Part shown: positions 8,381 to 16,849 of the stretch, piece by piece
Numbering within the stretch: position 1 is the stretch's first letter
Layout: every line of letters starts with the position of its first letter
From: Candidatus Hadarchaeota archaeon
Lineage (GTDB): Archaea; CAYQAE01; CAYVLA01
Reading direction: 5' to 3'
Length of the DNA: 32,655 nucleotides
Assembly (NCBI GenBank): GCA_964621445.1
Contig: CAZUNO010000028.1
Span: 1 to 32,655, forward strand
Notes under the pieces: generated by a model
What the model was told of the DNA's origin: nothing
Databases searched by the model: none
The model's input: the letters and a program-made list of their open reading frames with translations, nothing else
Translations under genes and position numbers: made by a program

Positions 8381-9317
8381 GGCATGCGTCCTTTCCGGGG
8401 GCACCGGAACCCCTAAGCTTCTGCAGGCACTTTTTCAAATAATCAGCCCGCAGAATCTTTCCATCGTGGCAAACACCGCGGATGATCTCACGGTGGGGGA
8501 TATATACGTGTGCCCGGACGTGGATGCCGTACTTTACACCTTGGCCGGAATCATCGATACCGACAAGTGGTATGGCATAAGGAATGACTCCTATAGCATA
8601 TACCAGGAGAGATTGAGCAGGGGGGAGAAGGACCTGCTAAGGATAGGTGACAGGGATAGGGCTAACTGCGCCTTTCGGACCAAACTGTTGAACCAGGGAT
8701 ACACCTTGAGCCAGGCCGTCCTTCATCAGTGTCAAAGGTTAGGTATTCATAATGCGGTCTGGCCAATGACCGATTCCAAGGTAACCACAAGGATAAAGAC
8801 CCCGGACGGGATGAAGGAATTCCAGGAATTCTGGGTCCGGGATGGTGGGAAGGACCAAATACAGAGAATCGAATTTGATGGACTCAGGGAATGCACTCCC
8901 TCCCCCCGCGCCCGGAGTGCCATGAGGAATGCCGATACGGTCATAATAGGCCCCTCAAACCCTATAACATCCATAGGGCCGATTATTGGAATGCCCGGTG
9001 TTCAGGGGCTTCTCGCTGAAAAAAAGGTGGTGGCCATTTCACCAATTAGGCGGACCTCGCCCTTCAGCGGCCCGGCTGGCCAAATGTTGAAGGCGCTAGG
9101 ATATCGGGTATCCCCCTTATCCATATGCGAGATTTATCGTGGTTTTCTTGATTGCCTGCTTATCGATACTTCTGATTCCAAGCTAGGGCCAAGAATTGAC
9201 GCAGAATACGGCATACGGGTTGAGACCGTCAAGCTCCTCATGGAAAACCTTGATGATAAATTTAAATTGGCCAAAACCGCCCTCGGCGCTGCAGAGGGGG
9301 AGAAAAATGGAAGATGA
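8367..9317 (+). CDS. cofD: 2-phospho-L-lactate transferase (F420 biosynthesis)
   Basis: LSGGTGTPKLL, NTADD, CPDVDAVLYTLAG, IGDRDRA, FQEFWV, GPSNPITSIGPI, FSGPA. Start ATG 8367 overlaps the bud32 end. Confidence 0.9.
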   Translation: MLTDKACVLSGGTGTPKLLQALFQIISPQNLSIVANTADDLTVGDIYVCPDVDAVLYTLAGIIDTDKWYGIRNDSYSIYQERLSRGEKDLLRIGDRDRANCAFRTKLLNQGYTLSQAVLHQCQRLGIHNAVWPMTDSKVTTRIKTPDGMKEFQEFWVRDGGKDQIQRIEFDGLRECTPSPRARSAMRNADTVIIGPSNPITSIGPIIGMPGVQGLLAEKKVVAISPIRRTSPFSGPAGQMLKALGYRVSPLSICEIYRGFLDCLLIDTSDSKLGPRIDAEYGIRVETVKLLMENLDDKFKLAKTALGAAEGEKNGR

Positions 9318-9525
9318 AAACACCATTGAAGAACAACCAACCATGGAGGAGAAGATGGATTTGCTCATTTCCCAGCAGGATAGGATTCTAACCCAGCTGA
9401 TGGAAAGGGAAACTCTCGACTCCCAAATAAAAGGTTTGGTCAAGGTCATTCTCTACCTTGTAATACTGGTTCTCGTCTTCTATATAGTAAAATCTCTGCT
9501 CACCCCTTTGCTTTCCTACCTCTAA
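9307..9525 (+). CDS. Small tail-anchored membrane protein (72 aa), unknown function
   Basis: ATG 9307 after GAGGGGGAG RBS, overlapping cofD stop; acidic/coiled-coil N-terminus and one C-terminal TM (VILYLVILVLVFYIV). Confidence 0.65.
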   Translation: MEDENTIEEQPTMEEKMDLLISQQDRILTQLMERETLDSQIKGLVKVILYLVILVLVFYIVKSLLTPLLSYL

Positions 9526-9529
9526 AGTT

Positions 9530-10468
9530 GTGAGATGCATGGCCGCAAGGCACCTAGCTTGGCTGGTACTCCTCCTATTGGCATTGGTCCCATCCCCGGG
9601 GATGTCGAGGGACGAGGCGGAAATCCTCGAAATCAAAGCTCGAATCGCGGTTTCCGCTAACATGTACTCACGGGAAGAGATACAGCTGACCTACTTGGGT
9701 AAATCAGGGTCTGTTCTTGGAGACGAATTCCTAGTTCCCGGTAAGATCTCCGAACTCAAGGTAATCGATATGATGGGAAATCTAGATCACTCGGTTAGTT
9801 CATCGCCCAACCTCACCCTTGTCAAATTCCTTTTCCGATCCCCCCTGAGGGAGGGAGATAAGAAGGAGTTGAAGATATCCTACGTTAGCAGCAATTTCAC
9901 ATCCAAGAGTGGCACATCCTGGGGTTACGCCACCGTTTTCACTGCCGGTTCTCAGGTAAATGACTGGACGGTAACCGTTGAGCTTCCCGAAGAGGTGAGA
10001 TTATACCTTCCGGCGGGATATGGAACCGAGAACCTCACCAGCATATACTATAGGTCCGGTAAAACTTACTGTCAATGGACATCCTCGCACTCGAGTCGGC
10101 TATTTATCGGCATAGGCCATTCACCCCTAACCGATAATGACGACGGTCCCTGGCTAATATATGTCGGATTGGGGGTCATTATAGTGGTTGTGGCTTTGGT
10201 CGTCTACCTGATACGTGATTACTATAGATCCCAAAAGCCGGAAAAAACCGATCTGGCAGTCAAGTTACTTGATGGAAGGGAGAGAAGGGTGGTACGGGAG
10301 CTTTCCGACGGCAAGAGCGCCACCCAAGCAGAGCTAGTTAAGACCACTAAGCTCTCGAAAGCCACTATCTCACGAGCAGTTGTTTCCCTGGAGAGGAGAG
10401 GAATAGTTGAAAGGGAGAAGAGCGGCAGGGTAAAGCGGGTTACCCTGAGCGATTGGCTACTGGATTAA
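9530..10468 (+). CDS. Membrane-anchored winged-helix transcriptional regulator (COG2512-like)
   Basis: Signal peptide, about 180-aa beta-rich extracellular domain, TM (WLIYVGLGVIIVVVALVVYLI), C-terminal wHTH (TQAELVKTTKLSKATISRAVVSLERRGIVEREKSGR). Confidence 0.8.
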   Translation: MRCMAARHLAWLVLLLLALVPSPGMSRDEAEILEIKARIAVSANMYSREEIQLTYLGKSGSVLGDEFLVPGKISELKVIDMMGNLDHSVSSSPNLTLVKFLFRSPLREGDKKELKISYVSSNFTSKSGTSWGYATVFTAGSQVNDWTVTVELPEEVRLYLPAGYGTENLTSIYYRSGKTYCQWTSSHSSRLFIGIGHSPLTDNDDGPWLIYVGLGVIIVVVALVVYLIRDYYRSQKPEKTDLAVKLLDGRERRVVRELSDGKSATQAELVKTTKLSKATISRAVVSLERRGIVEREKSGRVKRVTLSDWLLD

Positions 10469-10475
10469 CCCTCTG

Positions 10476-10494
10476 GAAAAAAGAATTAAGTAAA
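10476..10494 (+). promoter_or_regulatory. BRE/TATA promoter, probably leaderless, for the 10514-11649 gene trio
   Basis: GAAAAAAG-AATTAAGTAAA with TATA centre about 26 nt upstream of GTG 10514; no RBS. Confidence 0.55.
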
Positions 10495-10513
10495 TCAACA
10501 CGAATATACTACT

Positions 10514-10783
10514 GTGAATCTGCTTTCCCACCTTTTGCTATCAAGGGGAATAGATCCTTCCAGTCTGGAGAAGGAGGAGAGATGTAGGATCTGTCGCAAG
10601 TATGGTCCCCAGCTCGATGATCAATACGAGTGTAGTGAGCAGGTTTGCTATGAGCTTTGGGGAGATTTATCCATGCTTCATTGGGAAAAGGAGTCCGATG
10701 AGGAGAAAAAAGATATAAGAGATGTTTTCCGGGGAGCTACGGAAACTCTTCTGGATACCTTTCTGGGGAGAAGAAAGCCATGA
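10514..10783 (+). CDS. Hypothetical 89-aa protein with four Cys (CxxC...Cx4C), possible metal binder
   Basis: Fills the intergenic space, has a promoter at leaderless distance and an ATGA overlap with the Lsm gene. Confidence 0.65.
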   Translation: MNLLSHLLLSRGIDPSSLEKEERCRICRKYGPQLDDQYECSEQVCYELWGDLSMLHWEKESDEEKKDIRDVFRGATETLLDTFLGRRKP

Positions 10784-11025
10784 TCAGACCTTTTGACATC
10801 CTAACTCGCTGTCTTGGAAAGACGGTTCTCATAAAGACAAAGGACAACAAGCTCTACCAGGGCGAACTTAGGAACTACGATGTTAACATGAACCTTACCC
10901 TGACCAGCGCCACTGAGATCGAGGAAAAGAACCCCGTCAAGCGTTACGGAACCCTGATTATCAGGGGCAGTACCATCGTCTGCCTTGGAATAAAGAAGCC
11001 CGAAGCCCAATTCCAAGTCGGTTAG
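10780..11025 (+). CDS. Sm-like archaeal protein (Lsm/SmAP)
   Basis: RPFDIL...LGKTVLIKTK...GELRNYDVNMNLTL (Sm1) and YGTLIIRGSTIV (Sm2). Confidence 0.92.
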   Translation: MIRPFDILTRCLGKTVLIKTKDNKLYQGELRNYDVNMNLTLTSATEIEEKNPVKRYGTLIIRGSTIVCLGIKKPEAQFQVG

Positions 11026-11037
11026 GCGGGGCGGCAC

Positions 11038-11649
11038 ATGGTGCCACTGCCCTTCCCGGTTGATTCCTATATCTACGTTCTTTTCATAACCTTCCTGCCC
11101 TATATAGAGCTACGAGGAAGCATACCAGTGGGAATAGGTTTGGGGTTGGACCCCCTTTCCGTATTCCTGGTCTCTACCATAGCCAATATCCTTATCATAT
11201 TCCCAATTTTTGTCTTCCTGCAGCTGGCCTTTGACCGGCTCTTTCGAATAGATTGGATTAAAAGACACTTCTGGGGCAAGGTGCAGGCCATAAGGAGCTC
11301 CGTGAGGAGCCATACCCGGCGCTATGGTATGGTTGGGCTAGCGGCCTTTGTAGCCATCCCTCTACCGGGAACCGGTGCCTATACGGGTTGTCTTGCTGCT
11401 TTCCTGCTGGACATGGATAGAAAGAGAGCCTCATTGGCCATAGCCCTGGGGGTCACGATAGCTGGCGTTCTAGTCACTCTTGCATCTGTGGGGGCCTTCG
11501 CCGTGATCGAGGCCCTTGACATCGGCTGGCCGGGGATCCTCCTTCTCCTAGCTTTGGTCGTAATTGCCACCGGCCTTTTCCTTAGATCCCGGCACCAGCG
11601 CGCCGAGGAATATAATACAGGCCAAAAATCCGGAGAGCAATGGAACTGA
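11038..11649 (+). CDS. Small multi-drug export family membrane protein (COG2426)
   Basis: LPYIELRGSIPVG and FVAIPLPGTGAYTG signature motifs; multi-TM. Confidence 0.88.
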   Translation: MVPLPFPVDSYIYVLFITFLPYIELRGSIPVGIGLGLDPLSVFLVSTIANILIIFPIFVFLQLAFDRLFRIDWIKRHFWGKVQAIRSSVRSHTRRYGMVGLAAFVAIPLPGTGAYTGCLAAFLLDMDRKRASLAIALGVTIAGVLVTLASVGAFAVIEALDIGWPGILLLLALVVIATGLFLRSRHQRAEEYNTGQKSGEQWN

Positions 11650-13392
11650 TTCCCCTATTTCGGACCAATCCTTAAGTGCCATTAGCAGGGTTGACCTTCC
11701 CTTCATCTCCTCCCCCCTCTCCATTATCCTGTCGGCCGAGTATATCTTATTGAGAATCACCAGGGGCACTGAGCTATTTCTGGGGTTGGCAAAACCCTCC
11801 TCAACAAAAGGCCTCACCTCATTCATAACCAGGTCATAACCATCGTCCAGAGCGTCTCTGGCATCCTGGCCGGATTTCAAGTACCGTCCGGCTTCGAAAT
11901 CCTCGATTGCGTTCTCCCTGCAACGTGAAATCTCGCCGATATCTCCCATATCCAGGCTCTGGAACGTGTCGACTAGGACCCCGAGCTCGTGTATAGCTGA
12001 CCAGGCCCAGGTGGCATTGAGATCGGTAAGGTTCATTCCCCAAAGGATGCATGGCAGGTCCTCGAGCGGGATTACAGGTCGGGAAACGGTTTTGGTTTCC
12101 ATGTCCTTGTCAACATAGGTAATCTCCTCGATATAGGGGGGCAGCTCCAGGTCAGAGAACGCCAAACCTAGATGAGGCGGGAGATGGTATGCGGAGGAAT
12201 TAAATTTGGAATTCACAATGGCAGAGATGACACCGTTTGGACCGAGATGGGGCTTTATCTCCACCCAGGGGTAGACCGTGAACGGGGGAAGCGGGTTGGG
12301 ACTAGAGCGGTTAAAAAATACCTTCGTCTCCAGTAGTTCCAATGCCTTAATATATTGGCTCTCATCGGCCAGATGCCATGGGTTTCTATGTCTGGGGTAT
12401 ATCCAGAGGCTTCCATTATAGGTCGTCCAGAAACTCCCATTGACGGTGGCCGAGTAGCTATACCTTGCCGCCCTTTCCATATCGATTAGCAGTCTAAACG
12501 GCGGTATTCTGTAGACCCATAGCCCGGTAATAACCTTACCCTCTATCCCCCACTCGGCGAATACATCATGATTATCGTTGATCTCCTGTGTCCCCCAGCC
12601 GCCATATGTATCCTCGTGCCAGGCGCTTACCGATAAGTCCTCACTGCAAAAGCCCTTGAGTATGGAAAGGAACCACCAACACTTGTCCTGAAAGCCCAAA
12701 GTTCCCAGATGGAGCTGTGGATTTATAGCATGGATTTTTTCCTCCACTCCCCTGGCCATTGAGAATACCTCGTCCTCCTGCCATTCCTTGAACTCCTCCA
12801 GCAGTCCGTTTACCTGCAACCAGTCGTGTCTTTCGGATGCGGGCATGGAGGGAATATCCACATCGGTGGCATTAGCAAAGGCCTCAATCGCCATCCGATC
12901 ATACGTATAGGAATAGTAGGTCCACTCGTTCCAGAGCCAATGCATGTAGTATACCTCCATATCCCAAACGATGCCTGATATGGGGTAGTAGAGGGACATG
13001 TTGGCGATCATCCGGCCGCTCTCCTCTATCGCCTTCCTCCAGTAGCCCTCATCCAGGGGGGAGGGGGACTCCTGAACCTGACCGTGCTTGTTTACCGCCC
13101 TTGTGAAATTGCAATCTCCCTTCCTTGGCCTGAATCTGGGTCCAACCATGTATATTAGGTTGTGGTTCGCCGCGTCCTGGCTCTGTTCTCTTATCACGGG
13201 CACCAGCTCGGAGACCTCCGACCTCCAGGTGACCGGTTCATATATGCAGTCAAAACCCAGATCCTCAAGCCGTGAGTAATTCCAGTCACCATCGTATATG
13301 GCCCTAAAATACTCAAACTCCAAGGCAGCATATGCCGGGGAAAGCGTAAGCAGGACGATGGTAACAACCACCAAATTTCCATCGGGGGGCAT
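11548..13392 (-). CDS. Secreted, C-terminally membrane-anchored protein with putative glycoside-hydrolase-like TIM barrel
   Basis: Signal peptide (…SPAYAA), Trp/Tyr-rich domain with SPLDEGYW, GIVWDMEVY, HEDTYGG, helical C-domain, C-terminal hydrophobic segment; 11 N-X-S/T sequons. Confidence 0.6.
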   Translation of the reverse strand: MPPDGNLVVVTIVLLTLSPAYAALEFEYFRAIYDGDWNYSRLEDLGFDCIYEPVTWRSEVSELVPVIREQSQDAANHNLIYMVGPRFRPRKGDCNFTRAVNKHGQVQESPSPLDEGYWRKAIEESGRMIANMSLYYPISGIVWDMEVYYMHWLWNEWTYYSYTYDRMAIEAFANATDVDIPSMPASERHDWLQVNGLLEEFKEWQEDEVFSMARGVEEKIHAINPQLHLGTLGFQDKCWWFLSILKGFCSEDLSVSAWHEDTYGGWGTQEINDNHDVFAEWGIEGKVITGLWVYRIPPFRLLIDMERAARYSYSATVNGSFWTTYNGSLWIYPRHRNPWHLADESQYIKALELLETKVFFNRSSPNPLPPFTVYPWVEIKPHLGPNGVISAIVNSKFNSSAYHLPPHLGLAFSDLELPPYIEEITYVDKDMETKTVSRPVIPLEDLPCILWGMNLTDLNATWAWSAIHELGVLVDTFQSLDMGDIGEISRCRENAIEDFEAGRYLKSGQDARDALDDGYDLVMNEVRPFVEEGFANPRNSSVPLVILNKIYSADRIMERGEEMKGRSTLLMALKDWSEIGESVPLLSGFLACIIFLGALVPGSKEKAGGNYDQS

Positions 13393-13462
13393 GGGCGCAC
13401 CAAATTTCTGGCCCTAGAAGTATCTTTCGCACAAAGATCCCGGGAAAGAGGTAATTCCTTCC

Positions 13463-14428
13463 TCATTGAGCCTGAAAATATCTTCTGATGGCCTCCACGG
13501 CAATTTTTCCACAATCGTGCCGCATCTGAGCAGTGTTACCGGCGATATGGGGTGTCATCACCACGTTGTCCAGCTCACGAAGGATATCATTCCTGGGAGG
13601 TGGCTCGGGTTCAAATACATCCAGTATCGCCCTGAACCTGTCCTTTTCGAGTTCACGTCTAAATGCCTTCCCGTCAATTATCGCGGCCCTGGCCGAATTG
13701 ATTAGCAGGGCGCCTTCCTTCACCGATTCCAGGTGCTTTCCGCTAATCAAACCCTTGGTTTCCTCGGTTGCCGGGAGGTGGAATGTGATTATATCCGAAA
13801 TCTCCATGAGCTTCATTAAGCCAACCGGATGCACGCCCAGGCGGGTCATCTCATCCCTAGAGACATAGGCGTCATATCCGACCATTTCCAGGTCGAACAT
13901 GGAAAAGTACCTCGCAACGATTTCCCCTACCCTGCCAAGACCAACTATCCCGACCGTCTTTCCCTCAAGTTGGTCCGCCATCCCGTTACCGGGCCAGAAA
14001 ACGCCCGATTTTAGGGCCTTGTCGTATTCCTGAAACCTGTACATCCCGGTGATGGCCGCGCCAAGAGTCCATTCAGCCACCGCCCGGTTATTCCCTTCAG
14101 AGGCATCTATTACCTCAACGCCGGCTGATTCCCAGTGACCAATTGACTGGTCGTGAACACCGTGATAGTAATGAGAAATAACGCAAACCTCGACGGTGCC
14201 CGATTTTCGGAGCACATCCCCGGTAATGTCCAGAGCACCATTTCCATTGAGAGATAGAATACAGTTGCATCCCTCGACCCTCGAAACCAGCTCTCCCTTA
14301 TCGATCTTCGGGGTTTTAGGCCCGTCGTTTACCACCTGAGCGAATTTCCTCAGCTCTCTTTCGTTGGTCGGCGTCATGTACTCCCGGTACTTTTGACCAA
14401 TTCTGTGAATATACACCTTTGGCTCCAA
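13463..14428 (-). CDS. D-isomer-specific 2-hydroxyacid dehydrogenase (SerA/GhrB-like)
   Basis: AVAEW, GIVGLGRVG, HLPATEETKGLI, INSAR, LDVFEPEP, TPHIAG; TTG start after GGGGATGA. Confidence 0.88.
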   Translation of the reverse strand: MEPKVYIHRIGQKYREYMTPTNERELRKFAQVVNDGPKTPKIDKGELVSRVEGCNCILSLNGNGALDITGDVLRKSGTVEVCVISHYYHGVHDQSIGHWESAGVEVIDASEGNNRAVAEWTLGAAITGMYRFQEYDKALKSGVFWPGNGMADQLEGKTVGIVGLGRVGEIVARYFSMFDLEMVGYDAYVSRDEMTRLGVHPVGLMKLMEISDIITFHLPATEETKGLISGKHLESVKEGALLINSARAAIIDGKAFRRELEKDRFRAILDVFEPEPPPRNDILRELDNVVMTPHIAGNTAQMRHDCGKIAVEAIRRYFQAQ

Positions 14429-14442
14429 TTTTTCATCATCCC

Positions 14443-15264
14443 CTAAATCAGGATCTGAACTGCGGCAGCCCCCGCGGCCAGGGAACCATATAGAATGCAG
14501 AAACGGGAAAGATCGATCCTCCTGGCTAGGGCTATCAACCCGCTCATGGAAAAATAGCTTAGCACGAAGGCCACGATTATCGCTAATCCCATGGGGAGTG
14601 TAAAAACCGCTCCTCTATCCAACGATATCCAATAGGTCAGGACCATTGCTCCAAAAATAGCGGGCACGTCCAGGAGAAAGGAAAGCCTAAGAGCGTCTGA
14701 CTTCTCGACCCTTCTGCCCAGAAGAGCCACCACCGTAAAGCCAGACCTGCTAATTCCGGGCAAAACTGCGAAGCCCTGGGCCAGGCCCGTCAGTGCCCCA
14801 TCAACCCATATCAAATCGGAGACTCTTCTCATTCCCCTCTCCATCCGGCTGCCTATAATTAACACGATCCCGGTGATAACCAAGAAAAACCCAATCAATA
14901 GCGTGAAAAGGCCACCCTCTGGATTTTCTGAAAACCATCGGAAAAGGTAAAAGTAGGCCGGTATTCCGGTTACCGCAGTGAAAATGGTTCCCAGAACCAT
15001 GAACTTGGTCACCTCCCCATTATGCTCACCCGATCTATTAACCGGGAACATCATGATATCTCGAAATTCCTTCCTAAACTTCAGCAAAATTGCCATTAGG
15101 GACCCCAAATGCATCCAAAGGGCCGCCGATAATGCCTCAACGGGGGGAACACCGGATTGTTGAAGTATGAGGGAAATCTGCCCTGAACTACTCAGGGGGA
15201 ACCATTCAACTATTCCCTGAAATGCCCCAAGTATAATGTGAAGAATGATATTTGAATCAAGCAA
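14443..15264 (-). CDS. uppP: Undecaprenyl/polyprenyl-diphosphate phosphatase (BacA family)
   Basis: QGIVEWFPLSSSG, HLGS, GLAQGFAVLPGISRSGFT, LSFLL; multi-TM. Confidence 0.9.
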   Translation of the reverse strand: MLDSNIILHIILGAFQGIVEWFPLSSSGQISLILQQSGVPPVEALSAALWMHLGSLMAILLKFRKEFRDIMMFPVNRSGEHNGEVTKFMVLGTIFTAVTGIPAYFYLFRWFSENPEGGLFTLLIGFFLVITGIVLIIGSRMERGMRRVSDLIWVDGALTGLAQGFAVLPGISRSGFTVVALLGRRVEKSDALRLSFLLDVPAIFGAMVLTYWISLDRGAVFTLPMGLAIIVAFVLSYFSMSGLIALARRIDLSRFCILYGSLAAGAAAVQILI

Positions 15265-15333
15265 TTGGAAATTCGCTCGGGCGAGGACTTATAGATTTGT
15301 CTTCACTAGAAATCCTGTTAGGATTTAGACCAC

Positions 15334-16143
15334 TTAAGGGCTCCAGATATCAACTTCACGGCCCATGGCCGAATCCTGGATTGCCAGGTCGGTGGAATCG
15401 AAACCGGTCATTTCATCCCTGCTCTGCCTTCCCTTAACTTGTCCTAAAATCACCTGGAAGAGTTCCCCGCGAATATCGTCCCTAGCCAGTATCCCCTGCT
15501 CAACCGCGGAGTTTATCTTCCGCCATGTGAAGCCTGCTCCCAGTCATCTACGACTATATGAGCTCTTCTCAGCAGAGATATCTCCAGTTCCTGTTTACCT
15601 GGAGCATCGGCACCAATGGCATTAATGTGGATTCCATTATCGATCCACTCATTCCTCAGAATTGGAGACCTTGAAGGACCTCCATTAATCCCTCAAGCTG
15701 CGTTCTAGACTGGATGCCCGCATCTAGAAGACCAACGACCTCGGGGTTATCGGGAGACATTTACTTGGCTGCGATCGCGCCGGCGGCCCCGGGCCTTAGA
15801 GACGTAAGGTAATTTGCATTCATTATGTCCACCGGTCTCCCATCTTCAGGATTCACTACGAAAAGAGTTCCCACAACGCTTGGTATGCCAAAGCGATTTG
15901 GATTTTGTGGGTGTGAGTTCACGATCTTGACGGCGGCCAGACCAATTGAAGGAATGAAAGAGGACCTTACCCTCAGATCCTCCCGGCCTTATCGAAGAAA
16001 AGATACGGCTTAGGAGGCATCTGCACTTTTTTCGAGTATTTATTCCTGAACGCTCTCTCAACGGCCGAAATGGCCTCCCCCATCGATATCAAGGAGGAAA
16101 CCTCACCCTCTGACAGCATGAGAACCTCCCTTTCATCGGTCAA
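15334..16143 (-). pseudogene. ala: Decayed archaeal alanine dehydrogenase (ornithine cyclodeaminase/mu-crystallin family)
   Basis: Reconstructed across frames: VQMPPKPYLFF / DLRV...VKIVNSHPQNP...LTSLRPGAAGAIAAK* / PSRSPILRNEWIDNGIHINAIGADAPGKQEL...VVDDWEQASHGG / INSAV...FDSTDLAIQD. Frameshifts near 15984 and 15518, in-frame TAA at 15761-15763, internal deletion near 15678. Confidence 0.9.
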
Positions 16144-16321
16144 GATGAACCGCAAAGCTCTTTTTCTTGAATGGCTGAACAATGCTTCTGAATTAAGGTG
16201 ACGCCTCATCGAATCCAGCCCGGTCCAAGAGGCAAGTAATAAAGCTAGGATAACACCACTCGGGAGAATATATTTCAGAGCACGCATTGAGGCTATTGAA
16301 CCTGATCCACAGGTGCAGCCC

Positions 16322-16849
16322 ATGAAAAAGATATCGGTGATTCCCGAAAGATGCTCGGCCTGCAGAATATGTGAGCTAGCATGCGCTGAATTCCATTTCG
16401 GTGTCAACAATCCAAAGAAGTCCGCAATCCGCGTTTTTTCCCTCTACCCTAACCCAATCATAAGAACTCCCATAGTGTGCCGACAATGTGATGAGCCGCC
16501 ATGCAAAGAGGCCTGCCCGGTAGACGCCATAAGCAAAGGCAGTGAGGCGATCGAAATCGATCCCGATGCATGTACTGGCTGCCTGGCCTGCGTTCGGGCT
16601 TGTCCCTACAACGCAATTTTCGTTCATCCCGAAATAGATACTCCCATCAAGTGTGACCTATGCTCGGGTTCACCCCGTTGTGTGAAAATGTGCCCCAAAA
16701 ACGCGTTGGAAATCGTGGAAGAGCTTGAAAACCAGCCGCGACTAGAGGACGGAAAGGTGGTGTACAGGCCGATGAATCAGCTGAAAATCCTAGGACCGGA
16801 GACAACCGTGCTTCAATACAATGACTGTGGTGAGACCGATGAAGACTAA
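16322..16849 (+). CDS. 4x[4Fe-4S] electron-transfer subunit (DmsB/HycB-type) associated with AOR
   Basis: CSACRICELAC, CRQCDEPPCKEACP, CTGCLACVRACP, KCDLC...CVKMCP; ATG 16322 after AGGTG; overlaps AOR start. Confidence 0.9.
   Translation: MKKISVIPERCSACRICELACAEFHFGVNNPKKSAIRVFSLYPNPIIRTPIVCRQCDEPPCKEACPVDAISKGSEAIEIDPDACTGCLACVRACPYNAIFVHPEIDTPIKCDLCSGSPRCVKMCPKNALEIVEELENQPRLEDGKVVYRPMNQLKILGPETTVLQYNDCGETDED

Noticed and set aside
15761-15763. In-frame stop as possible recoding (Sec/Pyl/readthrough)
   Set aside because: The stop is TAA at a conserved Tyr position and is accompanied by frameshifts and a deletion, which indicates ordinary decay.
15973-16410. 145-aa minus-strand ORF
   Set aside because: Only the last ~56 codons are meaningful (5' fragment of the alanine dehydrogenase pseudogene); the rest overlaps the ferredoxin gene and promoter.
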